From UHGV virus genome UHGV-0292061: a stretch of 13,522 bases of DNA; one strand, written 5' to 3'. A model generated the notes under the pieces. The model was not told the origin of the DNA. It was given only the letters and a program-made list of their open reading frames with translations, and made no database searches. Source of the stretch: a virus. Positions 1 through 8,423 of this stretch are shown piece by piece. The first letter of the stretch is position 1, and each line of letters starts with the position of its first letter. Both the position numbers and the translations under genes were made by a program.

Positions 1-149
1 CCAGAAAGCTACCTCCGCTATGTCCTTGACGTCATAGCCGACTGGCCGATAAACCGGGTCGGCGAACTGCTCCCCTGGCGCGTAGCACTGCCGACTGAAT
101 AACACATCCCCGTCAATACGGTTCTTGCTGCACGCTTACGAAACATCAT
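1..149 (-). other. 5' end of the gene downstream of V (expected tail assembly chaperone, G-like); reading frame unresolved
   Basis: Tandem ATG codons at 149-147 and 146-144 sit 5 nt downstream of GGTGGAGA (minus strand). That frame stops after 43 codons (TAG at 20-18), while a different frame stays open to the window edge. Assignment is by position only. Confidence 0.25.
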
Positions 150-162
150 GTTCTCCACCTGC

Positions 163-186
163 AAAAAAGCCCCGGATAACCGGGGC
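163..186 (-). terminator. Intrinsic terminator downstream of V
   Basis: Minus strand reads GCCCCGG-UUAU-CCGGGGC (7-bp G+C stem) followed by UUUUUU, 21 nt after the V stop codon. Confidence 0.7.
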
Positions 187-206
187 AAATGATGAGTATC
201 GTCCTG

Positions 207-950
207 TTAACCTGCGGCGCTGACAGCCACCGTAGCCACTGCCACAAAATCGCCGTCAGAAGTCATGCCCACAATGCTGACACTGCCCTGCTTCACGCCT
301 TTCACCGTGGCCACAAGCCCGTTCAGGGTCACCGTGGCAGTCTGTGGATCTGTCGAATGCACACTGATCGCTTTGTCACTGGCTCCGTCAGGTTTTACTG
401 TAAAGGTCAGCGTGGTGGTTGCTCCCACTTTTACACTGGCAGATGCCGGTGCCACCGTCAGCCCGGTAACGCTCACGGTTTCAGTGCCTTCCTCTGCCAG
501 ATACGGACGCCCCACACCGCTGATTTTCACAGTGCGGGTCATCACGTCTTTTGAGGCAATGGTTTTACCCAGTGAGCTCAGCCAGCCGCGGAAAACATCA
601 ACAGTACCGTTGGGATATTTGATACGAAACGCGCAGACTTCACCGGAGTCGAACAACTGAACCAGTTTTTTCTGCCCGCTGTCACCCGGACGCCAGGCCA
701 GCGTCGCCGAAGTATCACCAACGGATTTCTGCCCCTGGGTTGTCGTTTTCCAGTCTGCATCCTCATCATCGAGATAAGTGTCATCTTCTGCATCAGCGGT
801 CATTTCGCCAGGTTGCAGATCCTTCACCATCGCAAGACGCAGCCAGTCAGTGTCCGACAAAGGGTTCGCAAACGCATCGCCCTTGCCGGTATACATCCAG
901 AACGTCGTCCCCGCACCTTTCGTCTTTGCCAGTGGATTTGGTGTGGTCAT
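207..950 (-). CDS. V: Major tail protein, lambda gpV-like, with C-terminal Ig-like (Big_2-type) domain
   Basis: 247 aa starting MTTPNPLAKTKGAGTT; aligns by eye along its length with remembered lambda gpV (KGAGTT, ANPLSD, YLDDEDADW, GDTS.TLAW, FRGW.SS.GK blocks). AAGGAGG lies 5 nt upstream of the ATG at 950-948. The track ORF start at 1025 was rejected because it overlaps U and lacks an RBS. Confidence 0.92.
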   Translation of the reverse strand: MTTPNPLAKTKGAGTTFWMYTGKGDAFANPLSDTDWLRLAMVKDLQPGEMTADAEDDTYLDDEDADWKTTTQGQKSVGDTSATLAWRPGDSGQKKLVQLFDSGEVCAFRIKYPNGTVDVFRGWLSSLGKTIASKDVMTRTVKISGVGRPYLAEEGTETVSVTGLTVAPASASVKVGATTTLTFTVKPDGASDKAISVHSTDPQTATVTLNGLVATVKGVKQGSVSIVGMTSDGDFVAVATVAVSAAG

Positions 951-960
951 TACCACCTCC

Positions 961-1362
961 TTAATTCGTGTACGTGATCTGGTACGTGATTTCCGCCATC
1001 GCCCAGGTGGCCATCTCATTATCACGTTGATAGTTAAAACCGAGTGGGATCAGGGTGTCGATGAGTCCGGAAAGTGCCGGTACATCATTCAGGGCCGGGA
1101 AAATGGTGCTCTCCATCCACATATCCAGCTCTGAATCCGGTGCCTGTGCCCGGATGAAGACAGCAATATGCAGAACAGCCTGCCAGTCATCTTCATCCGT
1201 CATTTTTCCGGTGTACTGAGCATCACTCAGCCACACCGCCACGGCAGGCAGTTCCTGCGCATCAACAAATGCCGGAAGCCCGTCAAAAAACGTGGCGCTG
1301 TCTCCACACTGCTCCCGAAGGCGTGCCAGTACGACCAGGCGGATTTGTGTATGTCGGTTCAT
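961..1362 (-). CDS. U: Tail terminator protein, lambda gpU-like
   Basis: 133 aa; MNRHTQIRLVVLARL...ATFFDG...PAVAV...DSELD.WMES...PAL..LI...Y.....TY.ITY matches remembered lambda gpU. Start ATG 1362-1360 overlaps the Z stop (ATGA). Confidence 0.9.
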   Translation of the reverse strand: MNRHTQIRLVVLARLREQCGDSATFFDGLPAFVDAQELPAVAVWLSDAQYTGKMTDEDDWQAVLHIAVFIRAQAPDSELDMWMESTIFPALNDVPALSGLIDTLIPLGFNYQRDNEMATWAMAEITYQITYTN

Positions 1363-1937
1363 CGGGTCAGCCATAACCTCAGTTGTTGTTTCAGTGCATA
1401 CCCCAGCTGTTTCGGCATTTCCGCAGCAATGATGCGGTCGCGGGCATCTTCAAATGCCTGTGTCAGCGGTCCGGAAAGCGGGATTTTCACCACATCAATG
1501 GGGTAACGATTTTTGCCATCAATACGCCGCATCACATGCCAGCGACCATTCGCCAGTTGCTGAATAAACGCATCCCGGAAAAGATATTTACCCACCTTCA
1601 GCACACTGCCACGGTACTGCAGTTTTCCACCACGCCGGGCCAGTCTGACCCGGGCTGTCCCCAGCTTAATGGCGGGCAGATTGCCCCGGTTAACGCGGAT
1701 CCTGGCCGTCATTTTTCCTGACGGACTGGCTTTAAACACCCGGACACGCTGACGTACCAGTTTCAGGGGGATCCCTTTCACCTGGTTATCTCCCGCAACG
1801 GTATTCCCGGCAACCTGCCGGGTGGCAACCGAGACCGCTTTCTGTGCCACACGGTTTATCGCCCATGCGCTGGCCTGTGGCACCATACGGGTATCAAGGC
1901 TGTTCAGATTGCGGATGGCATTCTCAAGCCCCTTCAT
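1359..1937 (-). CDS. Z: Tail completion protein, lambda gpZ-like
   Basis: 192 aa; block AFIQQLANGRWHVMRRIDGKNRYPIDVVKIP is near-identical to remembered lambda gpZ; AAGAGGTG RBS upstream of the ATG at 1937. Confidence 0.9.
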   Translation of the reverse strand: MKGLENAIRNLNSLDTRMVPQASAWAINRVAQKAVSVATRQVAGNTVAGDNQVKGIPLKLVRQRVRVFKASPSGKMTARIRVNRGNLPAIKLGTARVRLARRGGKLQYRGSVLKVGKYLFRDAFIQQLANGRWHVMRRIDGKNRYPIDVVKIPLSGPLTQAFEDARDRIIAAEMPKQLGYALKQQLRLWLTR

Positions 1938-1948
1938 CCCACACCTCT

Positions 1949-2224
1949 TTACTCAATAAAGATCATTGGCTTACCGTTAAAACGTTCATGCCGTGTGACC
2001 GTCCATTGTTGTCCGTCATAAACAACGCGATCCCCGCGCCGTGGGCGGTATCCCGAAGAAAACACCACCAGAGAGACCGCAGGTCCGGACAGAGCATTCA
2101 GTTCTGCCAGTGTTTCGCCCGGGATCACAGCCATATCGACATCATTAATCGAGGCTGTCTTTCCCATCTTTCTGACCGTGATCGCATCCATACGCGCTGC
2201 CAGCCGGGAAAAGGGATCAGACAT
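1949..2224 (-). CDS. Head-tail joining / head completion protein (lambda FII-like)
   Basis: 91 aa; position between the capsid module and Z; the C-terminal RRGDRVVYDGQQWTV resembles the remembered FII RRGDTLTIGEENFWV segment. Start overlaps the upstream gene's stop. Confidence 0.65.
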   Translation of the reverse strand: MSDPFSRLAARMDAITVRKMGKTASINDVDMAVIPGETLAELNALSGPAVSLVVFSSGYRPRRGDRVVYDGQQWTVTRHERFNGKPMIFIE

Positions 2225-2540
2225 TGAGTTTTACCGGCACTTCTTCTGCACTGGTTCCGGCATCTGCCCAGACAACCCCGACCAGCGGATCAGAGCCGCT
2301 GTTAGTCAGCTGAACTTTTCCGGACTTCAGATAAACCTTCTTACCCGTTTTCATGTCATCCGTTTTCAGTTTAGGCAGGATAAACACACCTTCGGTCATG
2401 CCGTCGCCTGTTTCACCCTGTGGAATATCGGTCAGCGCCACCGCAAAAACATCACCCACCTGCACCAGATCTCCGCTGCTGATGGCTGCACTGGCAACAA
2501 TCGCCACCGTTTTTCCTTCTTCTACAAAATTCTTTGCCAT
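2217..2540 (-). CDS. Small beta-rich structural protein, possibly a head decoration / DUF2190-like protein
   Basis: 107 aa from MAKNFVEEGKTVAIV; GGAG 8 nt upstream of the ATG at 2540; sits directly downstream of the capsid gene and its terminator. Family assignment is from memory and weak. Confidence 0.5.
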   Translation of the reverse strand: MAKNFVEEGKTVAIVASAAISSGDLVQVGDVFAVALTDIPQGETGDGMTEGVFILPKLKTDDMKTGKKVYLKSGKVQLTNSGSDPLVGVVWADAGTSAEEVPVKLNV

Positions 2541-2583
2541 AACTGTCTCCGCACAGCCCCGTTCAGGGGCTGATTTCAGGTAC

Positions 2584-2602
2584 AAAAAAAGCCCTTACGG
2601 GC
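2584..2602 (-). terminator. Intrinsic terminator immediately downstream of the capsid gene
   Basis: Minus strand reads GGCCC-GUAA-GGGCU (GNRA tetraloop, four G:C pairs plus a G:U) followed by seven U, 25 nt after the capsid stop. Short stem, so probably leaky. Confidence 0.5.
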
Positions 2603-2626
2603 CATCAGAGTTGTTGTCTGCGACGT

Positions 2627-4585
2627 TTACGCCGTACATTTCACCAGACCGCGGTGATCAACTGGCGCGACACCGGCGTCAATACGCACTTTCGTTGTCA
2701 CGCCATCCACACTGAAGCCCTCCATCTGATCAATATATGGCGTATCCACACCGTTGAGATAAGCCACTTCAATCGTATCGGAGCCTTTGGACGCAGCCAG
2801 GTAGAAGGTGGTCTGGCTGTTATCATCAAGACGAGGCTCTGCAATAACGGTCGCAAAATCTTTCACCGGGTTAATAATACCGGCGTTAATGTCAGCCCCC
2901 TTGACACTTGAGGAGCGAATGACCTGGTTAGCAACAGACTCCATCGCCGTCGGTACCAGTACGAACGCAGGACGAATATTCAGATGACGCTCCCCCTCTT
3001 TCTGAACGCGCATCAACTGGCGGGCTTTATCCAGCGATGCCACGTCCATTGCAGCGCTCTCCAGTACGTTTGCATGTTTCGCTTTATCGAACAGACTTAC
3101 ATTATCTGTGGAGATTTTCGGGTTAGACGTCAGAATGGCATAAACCAGATCGGCAATGGTGGATTTCGCCGCACGGCCCAGTTTCATCGGGACATCGGTC
3201 AGCATATTCAGATCATCATTGATAATGGCCTGACGGGTGATACTGAACAGCTCGCCATAGGTCGCCAGTGCAATAGTGGCCTGTTTATCTCCGGTGGTGA
3301 CGTATTTATATTCCGCCCCTTCACGCACCTGACGCAGAGCACTGAAGCCCCCCATACCCACACGATGGGCAATTTTAAAATCAGACAACTGACCTTTCCG
3401 CGTCCACTGTTCATAGGTTTCAGGGGCATCTTCCCAGCCCTGCAGAATGGCTTTGTTCGCAACATCCAGCAGAATATTACCGAAGTCAGACGTACTGTGT
3501 GTGAACGCCGCACCGACCATCTGCATCGGGTTATAACCGGAAACCCCAATACCCCGTTCAGTCAGTGACATACGGGCATATTCACGCAGGGTCATCCCGT
3601 TGTAGACATTATCACGTTCGGTTTTTTCAAATCCGGCACGCGCCATCAGCGCCTGGCGGATCCCGTCCCCCACAAAATTACCGTTACCGGCATAAATATG
3701 AGCCGGGGTATTTTTATTGGATGGCGTGGACTCGCGCCCCATCTCGTTCAACAGCTTTTCGCGGGCCTGCTCCAGCGAACATTCAGGATCGGCAAGACAC
3801 TGAGCCTGCAGCGTCTGATAACGCCCGCCAAACATGGCAAACAGATCATTAATACCGTTTACACGCGCTTTTTGCTCTGCCAGTACCTGCGCACGGATAC
3901 TGTTTTCATCCACCACGGGTGCTGCTGCCTGCACTGGCGTCCGGGAGGCTGCAGGTTCATCATCCTGTACGCGTGGAGCACTGTTGCGTGGCGGAGTAAT
4001 CATGTTTCGAATGGATTCCGGCATCTTTTTAAATTCCTCTGTACGTTTTGACTGAATACATGCCATTGCCTTAACGGCTGGCGTTACCTGATCAGCAAAT
4101 CCATGTGCCAGACATTCGGCACCGGACATCCAGGTCTCATCCGCCAGCATGGCAGCAATTTCATCGGTGGTTTTCCCGGTTTTCTGTGCATAAGCGGGTA
4201 ACAGAACCGCCTCAACTTTATCGAGCAGGTCGGCATAGGTGCGCATGTCCTCCGCATCACCGCCCGTAAAGCCAAATGGTTTATGAATCATCATGAAAGT
4301 GTTTTCCGGCATAATGACCGGGTTTCCCACCATCGCAATGACCGACGCCATTGACGCCGCCACACCGTCGACATAAACGGTAATGGACGCACCATGTGTT
4401 TTCAGTGCATTAAAAATGGCGATGCCTTCAAAGACATCGCCACCCGGTGAATTAATATGAAGATTAATGTGGGTGATATCGCCCAGTGCATTCAGATCAC
4501 TGATAAACTGCTTCGCTGTAACACCCCAGAAACCAATCTCGTCATAAATATAAATATCCGCGTCACTCTGGTGACCAGCCTGCAT
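2627..4585 (-). CDS. Prohead protease (ClpP-like, S14) - scaffold-like linker - major capsid protein fusion
   Basis: 652 aa from MQAGHQSDADIYIYDEIGFWG. The N-terminal ~200 aa carry ClpP-type catalytic motifs (GVAASMAS serine motif, MMIHKPFG histidine motif). The middle is a Q/A/E-rich predicted helical linker. The C-terminal ~330 aa are called capsid by size and position only. ATG at 4585 lies 13 nt after the portal stop; the track's upstream extension to 4846 overlaps the portal and was rejected. Confidence 0.8.
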   Translation of the reverse strand: MQAGHQSDADIYIYDEIGFWGVTAKQFISDLNALGDITHINLHINSPGGDVFEGIAIFNALKTHGASITVYVDGVAASMASVIAMVGNPVIMPENTFMMIHKPFGFTGGDAEDMRTYADLLDKVEAVLLPAYAQKTGKTTDEIAAMLADETWMSGAECLAHGFADQVTPAVKAMACIQSKRTEEFKKMPESIRNMITPPRNSAPRVQDDEPAASRTPVQAAAPVVDENSIRAQVLAEQKARVNGINDLFAMFGGRYQTLQAQCLADPECSLEQAREKLLNEMGRESTPSNKNTPAHIYAGNGNFVGDGIRQALMARAGFEKTERDNVYNGMTLREYARMSLTERGIGVSGYNPMQMVGAAFTHSTSDFGNILLDVANKAILQGWEDAPETYEQWTRKGQLSDFKIAHRVGMGGFSALRQVREGAEYKYVTTGDKQATIALATYGELFSITRQAIINDDLNMLTDVPMKLGRAAKSTIADLVYAILTSNPKISTDNVSLFDKAKHANVLESAAMDVASLDKARQLMRVQKEGERHLNIRPAFVLVPTAMESVANQVIRSSSVKGADINAGIINPVKDFATVIAEPRLDDNSQTTFYLAASKGSDTIEVAYLNGVDTPYIDQMEGFSVDGVTTKVRIDAGVAPVDHRGLVKCTA

Positions 4586-4598
4586 CCTGAACCAGGAA

Positions 4599-6107
4599 TT
4601 ATTCTTCGGACTGGTCGTCGGTGTGCTGCGGCTCCTGTCGTTTCGTTGCGGCACTGCTGCCTCCTTTATCACTGGCCGGATCGGTATCAAATACCAGATC
4701 CAGCTTGCGGTTTTCATCAATTTCGGCCTTGCGCCGACGTTTGACATCATCCGGATTACGACCACCAGCACGTACCCAGTCTGATTCTGTCGCCGCTCCA
4801 CCACGAATCTGGATTTTCCAGGCCTCAGCCTCCTTAACAGGGTCAATCCACGGCATCACTGGTCCGAAATACACCGCGGTATACAGTGAAGAACGGTCAA
4901 GATCGCGGGGTAGCCTGATAACACCGGATGCCACAGCCTGTTTCAGCCAGGCACGATACATCGGACGGGTGACGGCACCAATAAACCAGTCCTGCAGGAT
5001 CAGGTAGCCATCAGTAGACTCAACCAGTTCCTGACGCTGGGCGCTGTAAGTGCCGTTATAGTTGCGTGCCGTACTGGAAAAACTCAGACGACTGCCCGCC
5101 GCCACGGCACGCAACTGACCATTACGAAAAGTTTCCAGGTTAGGATTGGGACGATCCGACTTCACCATTCCGATTTCTTCGCCGGGTTTCAGATCGTCGT
5201 AAATAATGCCTGGCTGAATGGTAAGCTCGCGTTCATTCTCCTTGCTGTCATTACCATCCGTTTCATAGCTCTGTCCGTCGCCTTTCCGGATGTACATCCC
5301 CAGAGCAGCGGCGATCCTTGCTGCAGTCAGCTCAGAATCTTCATACTCTTTCAGGGCGCTGAGGCGGATCAGCACACCGGACAATAAAGACGTCCCGCGC
5401 ATCTGGTGCAGACGGCGAACAAATTTAAGATGCAGCATTCGCTCTGCATCCACTTCTTTGGTTTCCATCTGCCGTCCGGATACGGGACGGCTTTTATACA
5501 CCAGATATTTTTCGGGACGCCCCCAGTCATCAACAAACACGCCCTGATTCAGCCTGTTGCTCTCATCACTGGTCATGGGAATAAAGTCCGGCTCGAGCGC
5601 CTCCAGCCAGAAATGAACACCGGCAGAAGGCGTCAGGCTGTTTATGCGCCCGGAAACCATCTGGGCAAACACCTCACCATCGCGCAGCCAGGTACGCAGC
5701 ATCAGACGTTCCAGCATCGGACGGGTAAACTGCCCGGTGACTTCCGGACTGACAGACCATTCACTCCATCGGGTGCGTATCTCCGCTGCCAGATCACGGG
5801 CAATGGCCCCATTGCGTAATACCGGATGTGGCTCGACAATAATCCCGTTTTTCCCCACCACCCGTTCTTCCAGCTTGTCAAATACACCAATGACCAGATC
5901 GTGGTTGTTATCAAGGTAACGGGCCTGCTCACGTAACGACACGGCCCCGTACTGGCTTAACTGGTCGGCAGTTCGGTTCTCCCGTCGGGCTTTGTGTGTC
6001 CGCGTCGTTTTTACGGCCTCATAAGCCTGGATCACCGCACGGGAACGCAGCCTTGCCGCTTTCCATCCTGGTGAAAAAACGCCAATCACATCATCAAGAA
6101 TTGCCAT
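4599..6107 (-). CDS. B: Portal protein (lambda gpB-like family)
   Basis: 502 aa from MAILDDVIGVF; position between W and the protease/capsid gene matches the lambda W-B-C order; start ATG overlaps the W stop (TGATG). Sequence resemblance to remembered gpB is weak, so the call rests mainly on order and size. Confidence 0.8.
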   Translation of the reverse strand: MAILDDVIGVFSPGWKAARLRSRAVIQAYEAVKTTRTHKARRENRTADQLSQYGAVSLREQARYLDNNHDLVIGVFDKLEERVVGKNGIIVEPHPVLRNGAIARDLAAEIRTRWSEWSVSPEVTGQFTRPMLERLMLRTWLRDGEVFAQMVSGRINSLTPSAGVHFWLEALEPDFIPMTSDESNRLNQGVFVDDWGRPEKYLVYKSRPVSGRQMETKEVDAERMLHLKFVRRLHQMRGTSLLSGVLIRLSALKEYEDSELTAARIAAALGMYIRKGDGQSYETDGNDSKENERELTIQPGIIYDDLKPGEEIGMVKSDRPNPNLETFRNGQLRAVAAGSRLSFSSTARNYNGTYSAQRQELVESTDGYLILQDWFIGAVTRPMYRAWLKQAVASGVIRLPRDLDRSSLYTAVYFGPVMPWIDPVKEAEAWKIQIRGGAATESDWVRAGGRNPDDVKRRRKAEIDENRKLDLVFDTDPASDKGGSSAATKRQEPQHTDDQSEE

Positions 6108-6319
6108 CAGAACCTCGCCAACCGGTACCCGGGATGCCCCCGTCGTCGTGTAATCAGAGCCGCAAGGCGGCGCTCCCACTCCTGCCGCCCCTGCCGGATC
6201 TCAGATAAGTTTTCCATGGTCATCTGCTGACCATTAAAAGTGACGGATTTTCCGTCCAGCACCGCCATTTCAGCTTCCGTATAACGCTGAATCATGGCTT
6301 CAATATCATTCTGATTCAT
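6107..6319 (-). CDS. W: Head-tail joining protein, lambda gpW-like
   Basis: 70 aa from MNQNDIEAM...; ends ...ITRRRGHPGYRLARF, like the remembered gpW C-terminus (...QRRRGPAGFYV). ATG 6319-6317 overlaps the large-terminase stop (ATGA) with GGAGG 6 nt upstream. Confidence 0.85.
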   Translation of the reverse strand: MNQNDIEAMIQRYTEAEMAVLDGKSVTFNGQQMTMENLSEIRQGRQEWERRLAALITRRRGHPGYRLARF

Positions 6320-8415
6320 AACCATCCTCCGGAAGTCAGCCAGGGGTTAACATCGTCAGTTACTGTTTTCTTCCGTTTTTGTTTTTTAACAGGCGTGGAT
6401 ACCGGTTCCGGTGAGGGTGACGGTTCGGTACTGTCCGGGACACACTCCAGCCAGGTTTCCCGGCTCGCCCACTCCGGTGCATCCGGCCAGCGGATCTTTT
6501 CGTATCCATGCAGAATGACCAGAGCCTCGGCATACACCATCAGGTCAAAAGCTTCGTTGGCACCGCGACCCGGTTTACTCCATTTCCCGTCACTGCTCCG
6601 CTCTTCATACGTCAGTTCGTCGTAAAACCAGCTCCCCAGCCAGTCAGGGAAATGCACATAGCCGGGACCTGGCGAGTCACGCCATAACGCGTTATTCACC
6701 CGGTCTTTCAGGGCATCCGTCTGAAGAAACCAGAGCGGCACATCACCTGCGGCCTGCGCCCGTCGGCCCGTTCGTCCGGTGTTATCAGGGAATGTACGGC
6801 TGATCAGTTTTGCGCGCCGGATGCTGTCGCCCTTAAACAGGTAAATACGTTTACCAAGGCCATCACGACGGCAACGACGCCAGAATTTATAGGCATTATC
6901 AGTGACCCCGTCTTCACCGCCGGAGTCCACCGCCATTGCCATCAGTCGCATTTGTTGAGAAGGATCGGAGGCCAGCGGCCAGCTTTTATGAAAAACATCC
7001 GTCAGCAGGACATCCCAGTCTTCCGGATAGCTGGCCGGATCAATTCGCTGGCTCTCCCCGTCGCTGTCACCGCGCAATGACTGCGTGATGTTGTAACGAT
7101 CAATAATCCAGCGTTCGCCACGGCTGCCATAGCCCGTTACCTGAACCACAAAACGGCGATGACGTCCCGCCTGCACATCCACTGCCGCCACAAGGAAATT
7201 AACGCCATCCGGCACACTGCGGGAAGGAACTGGCTCTGCCCGCTGCTCAAGCAGTTCACTTTTTCGTTGCTCCATGCTGGCGCGGGGAAGATAAGGTAAT
7301 CCCCAGTCGGTATTGATAACCGCCCTGAGTGTTTCTTCGCTTCCTGTCGCTTCATACTCCTGTTCTGCAGTCAGTAATTTGTAAACCAGTTGCGCCCAGG
7401 TCTGATACGCAGCAGCTGGCCCTTCCATCCAGAAACTGGCGATACGGGAGCGGCGCGGTTCACCGGAAACGTTGCCGTTACGATCAATGACCTGACCTTC
7501 ACGCAACCAGACTCCTGCACTATTGAGCTCACGCTTTTTCTCCGCAGTGATAATGCCGCTGCAGTGCGGGCAAAGTAGATACGCCGCCTCACTGGCTTTA
7601 AAGGGATCCGGTTCATTACGGTAGCCGGTCATGGCATCCATGGCTGGCTGAAAATATTCACCGCAGTGCGGACATGGCCAGTACCAGCGGCGGCGGTCAC
7701 CACGATTGTAAAGGGAAAGAATACCAGTCGTCGGTGGCGCTTCATGAGGCGACTTACGTCGCCATTTGCTGTCGCAGATGTCACGTCCCGGCGAGCTCTC
7801 CACCAGAGTCATCCCGGCGGACATAAATGTGGTGGTACGTTTTGAGGCCAGGGAGAAACCATCACCCTCGCTGTCGATATTCTCCGGAAAACGGTCGTAA
7901 TCGGTTAAGGCGACAAACCGGTAATCCGACGACGACATAATGTTGACCGAGGGCCAACCAATTTTAAGGAACGAGCCATCCCTGAACGTCTTATCATGAA
8001 CATTATTGTCGTTACGACGTGGACTCATTCTTTTCTTTACCGCCGCACTGCTTCTGAACGTTCTGTCGAGGCGCTTTTTAGAATGCTCGCGGGCCTTATC
8101 TTCGGTCATCTGCACAACGAGCATGTCCGAAGGATCGCAAACGATGGTATAGACAATCCATCCATCGATCAGACCAATGGTCTTCCCTGTTCGCGCAGGA
8201 CCAACAAAAATCACCGCATCGTATTCACGCGATGCCAGGCAGTTCATGGGCTCAATGATGTAGGGTGTCAGTTCAGGATCCCATGGCACCGAGTTACCAG
8301 CCCCCTTGGGAACACGCATGAATTTTTTAACAGCCTCCGAAATCGGCATGCGACGTGGTGGGGAAAATCCTGCCGATATGTCCCTTCCCAAATTTCGGGC
8401 TGATGAAAAACCCAT
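6316..8415 (-). CDS. A: Terminase large subunit (lambda gpA-like)
   Basis: 699 aa; Walker A-like GPARTGKT near the N-terminus and a CPHCGE motif as in remembered lambda gpA; TAGGAGGAATA-ATG RBS at the 8415 start; 8 nt after the small-terminase stop. Confidence 0.9.
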   Translation of the reverse strand: MGFSSARNLGRDISAGFSPPRRMPISEAVKKFMRVPKGAGNSVPWDPELTPYIIEPMNCLASREYDAVIFVGPARTGKTIGLIDGWIVYTIVCDPSDMLVVQMTEDKAREHSKKRLDRTFRSSAAVKKRMSPRRNDNNVHDKTFRDGSFLKIGWPSVNIMSSSDYRFVALTDYDRFPENIDSEGDGFSLASKRTTTFMSAGMTLVESSPGRDICDSKWRRKSPHEAPPTTGILSLYNRGDRRRWYWPCPHCGEYFQPAMDAMTGYRNEPDPFKASEAAYLLCPHCSGIITAEKKRELNSAGVWLREGQVIDRNGNVSGEPRRSRIASFWMEGPAAAYQTWAQLVYKLLTAEQEYEATGSEETLRAVINTDWGLPYLPRASMEQRKSELLEQRAEPVPSRSVPDGVNFLVAAVDVQAGRHRRFVVQVTGYGSRGERWIIDRYNITQSLRGDSDGESQRIDPASYPEDWDVLLTDVFHKSWPLASDPSQQMRLMAMAVDSGGEDGVTDNAYKFWRRCRRDGLGKRIYLFKGDSIRRAKLISRTFPDNTGRTGRRAQAAGDVPLWFLQTDALKDRVNNALWRDSPGPGYVHFPDWLGSWFYDELTYEERSSDGKWSKPGRGANEAFDLMVYAEALVILHGYEKIRWPDAPEWASRETWLECVPDSTEPSPSPEPVSTPVKKQKRKKTVTDDVNPWLTSGGWL

Positions 8416-8423
8416 TATTCCTC

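Noticed and set aside
18-149. The 43-codon frame after V as a complete small gene
   Set aside because: Too short for a tail assembly chaperone and not recognisable; kept only as an unresolved partial feature.
950-1025. N-terminal extension of V back to 1025 (track start MIMRWPPG...)
   Set aside because: The extension overlaps the U coding region and has no RBS, whereas the internal ATG at 950 has AAGGAGG upstream and matches the lambda gpV N-terminus. The same logic was applied to the capsid fusion (4846 versus 4585), the small terminase (8963 versus 8951) and the holin (11174 versus 11078).
189-1134. Plus-strand track ORFs (189..554, 265..660, 740..964, 778..1134) overlapping V and U
   Set aside because: They are antisense to genes with strong homology support, are rich in Cys/His/Arg as expected for reverse-frame translation of coding DNA, and lack ribosome-binding sites.
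2984-4055. Plus-strand ORFs (2984..3568, 3565..3852, 3698..4051 and others) inside the protease/capsid gene
   Set aside because: Antisense to a well-supported 652-aa gene; low-complexity composition; no start context.
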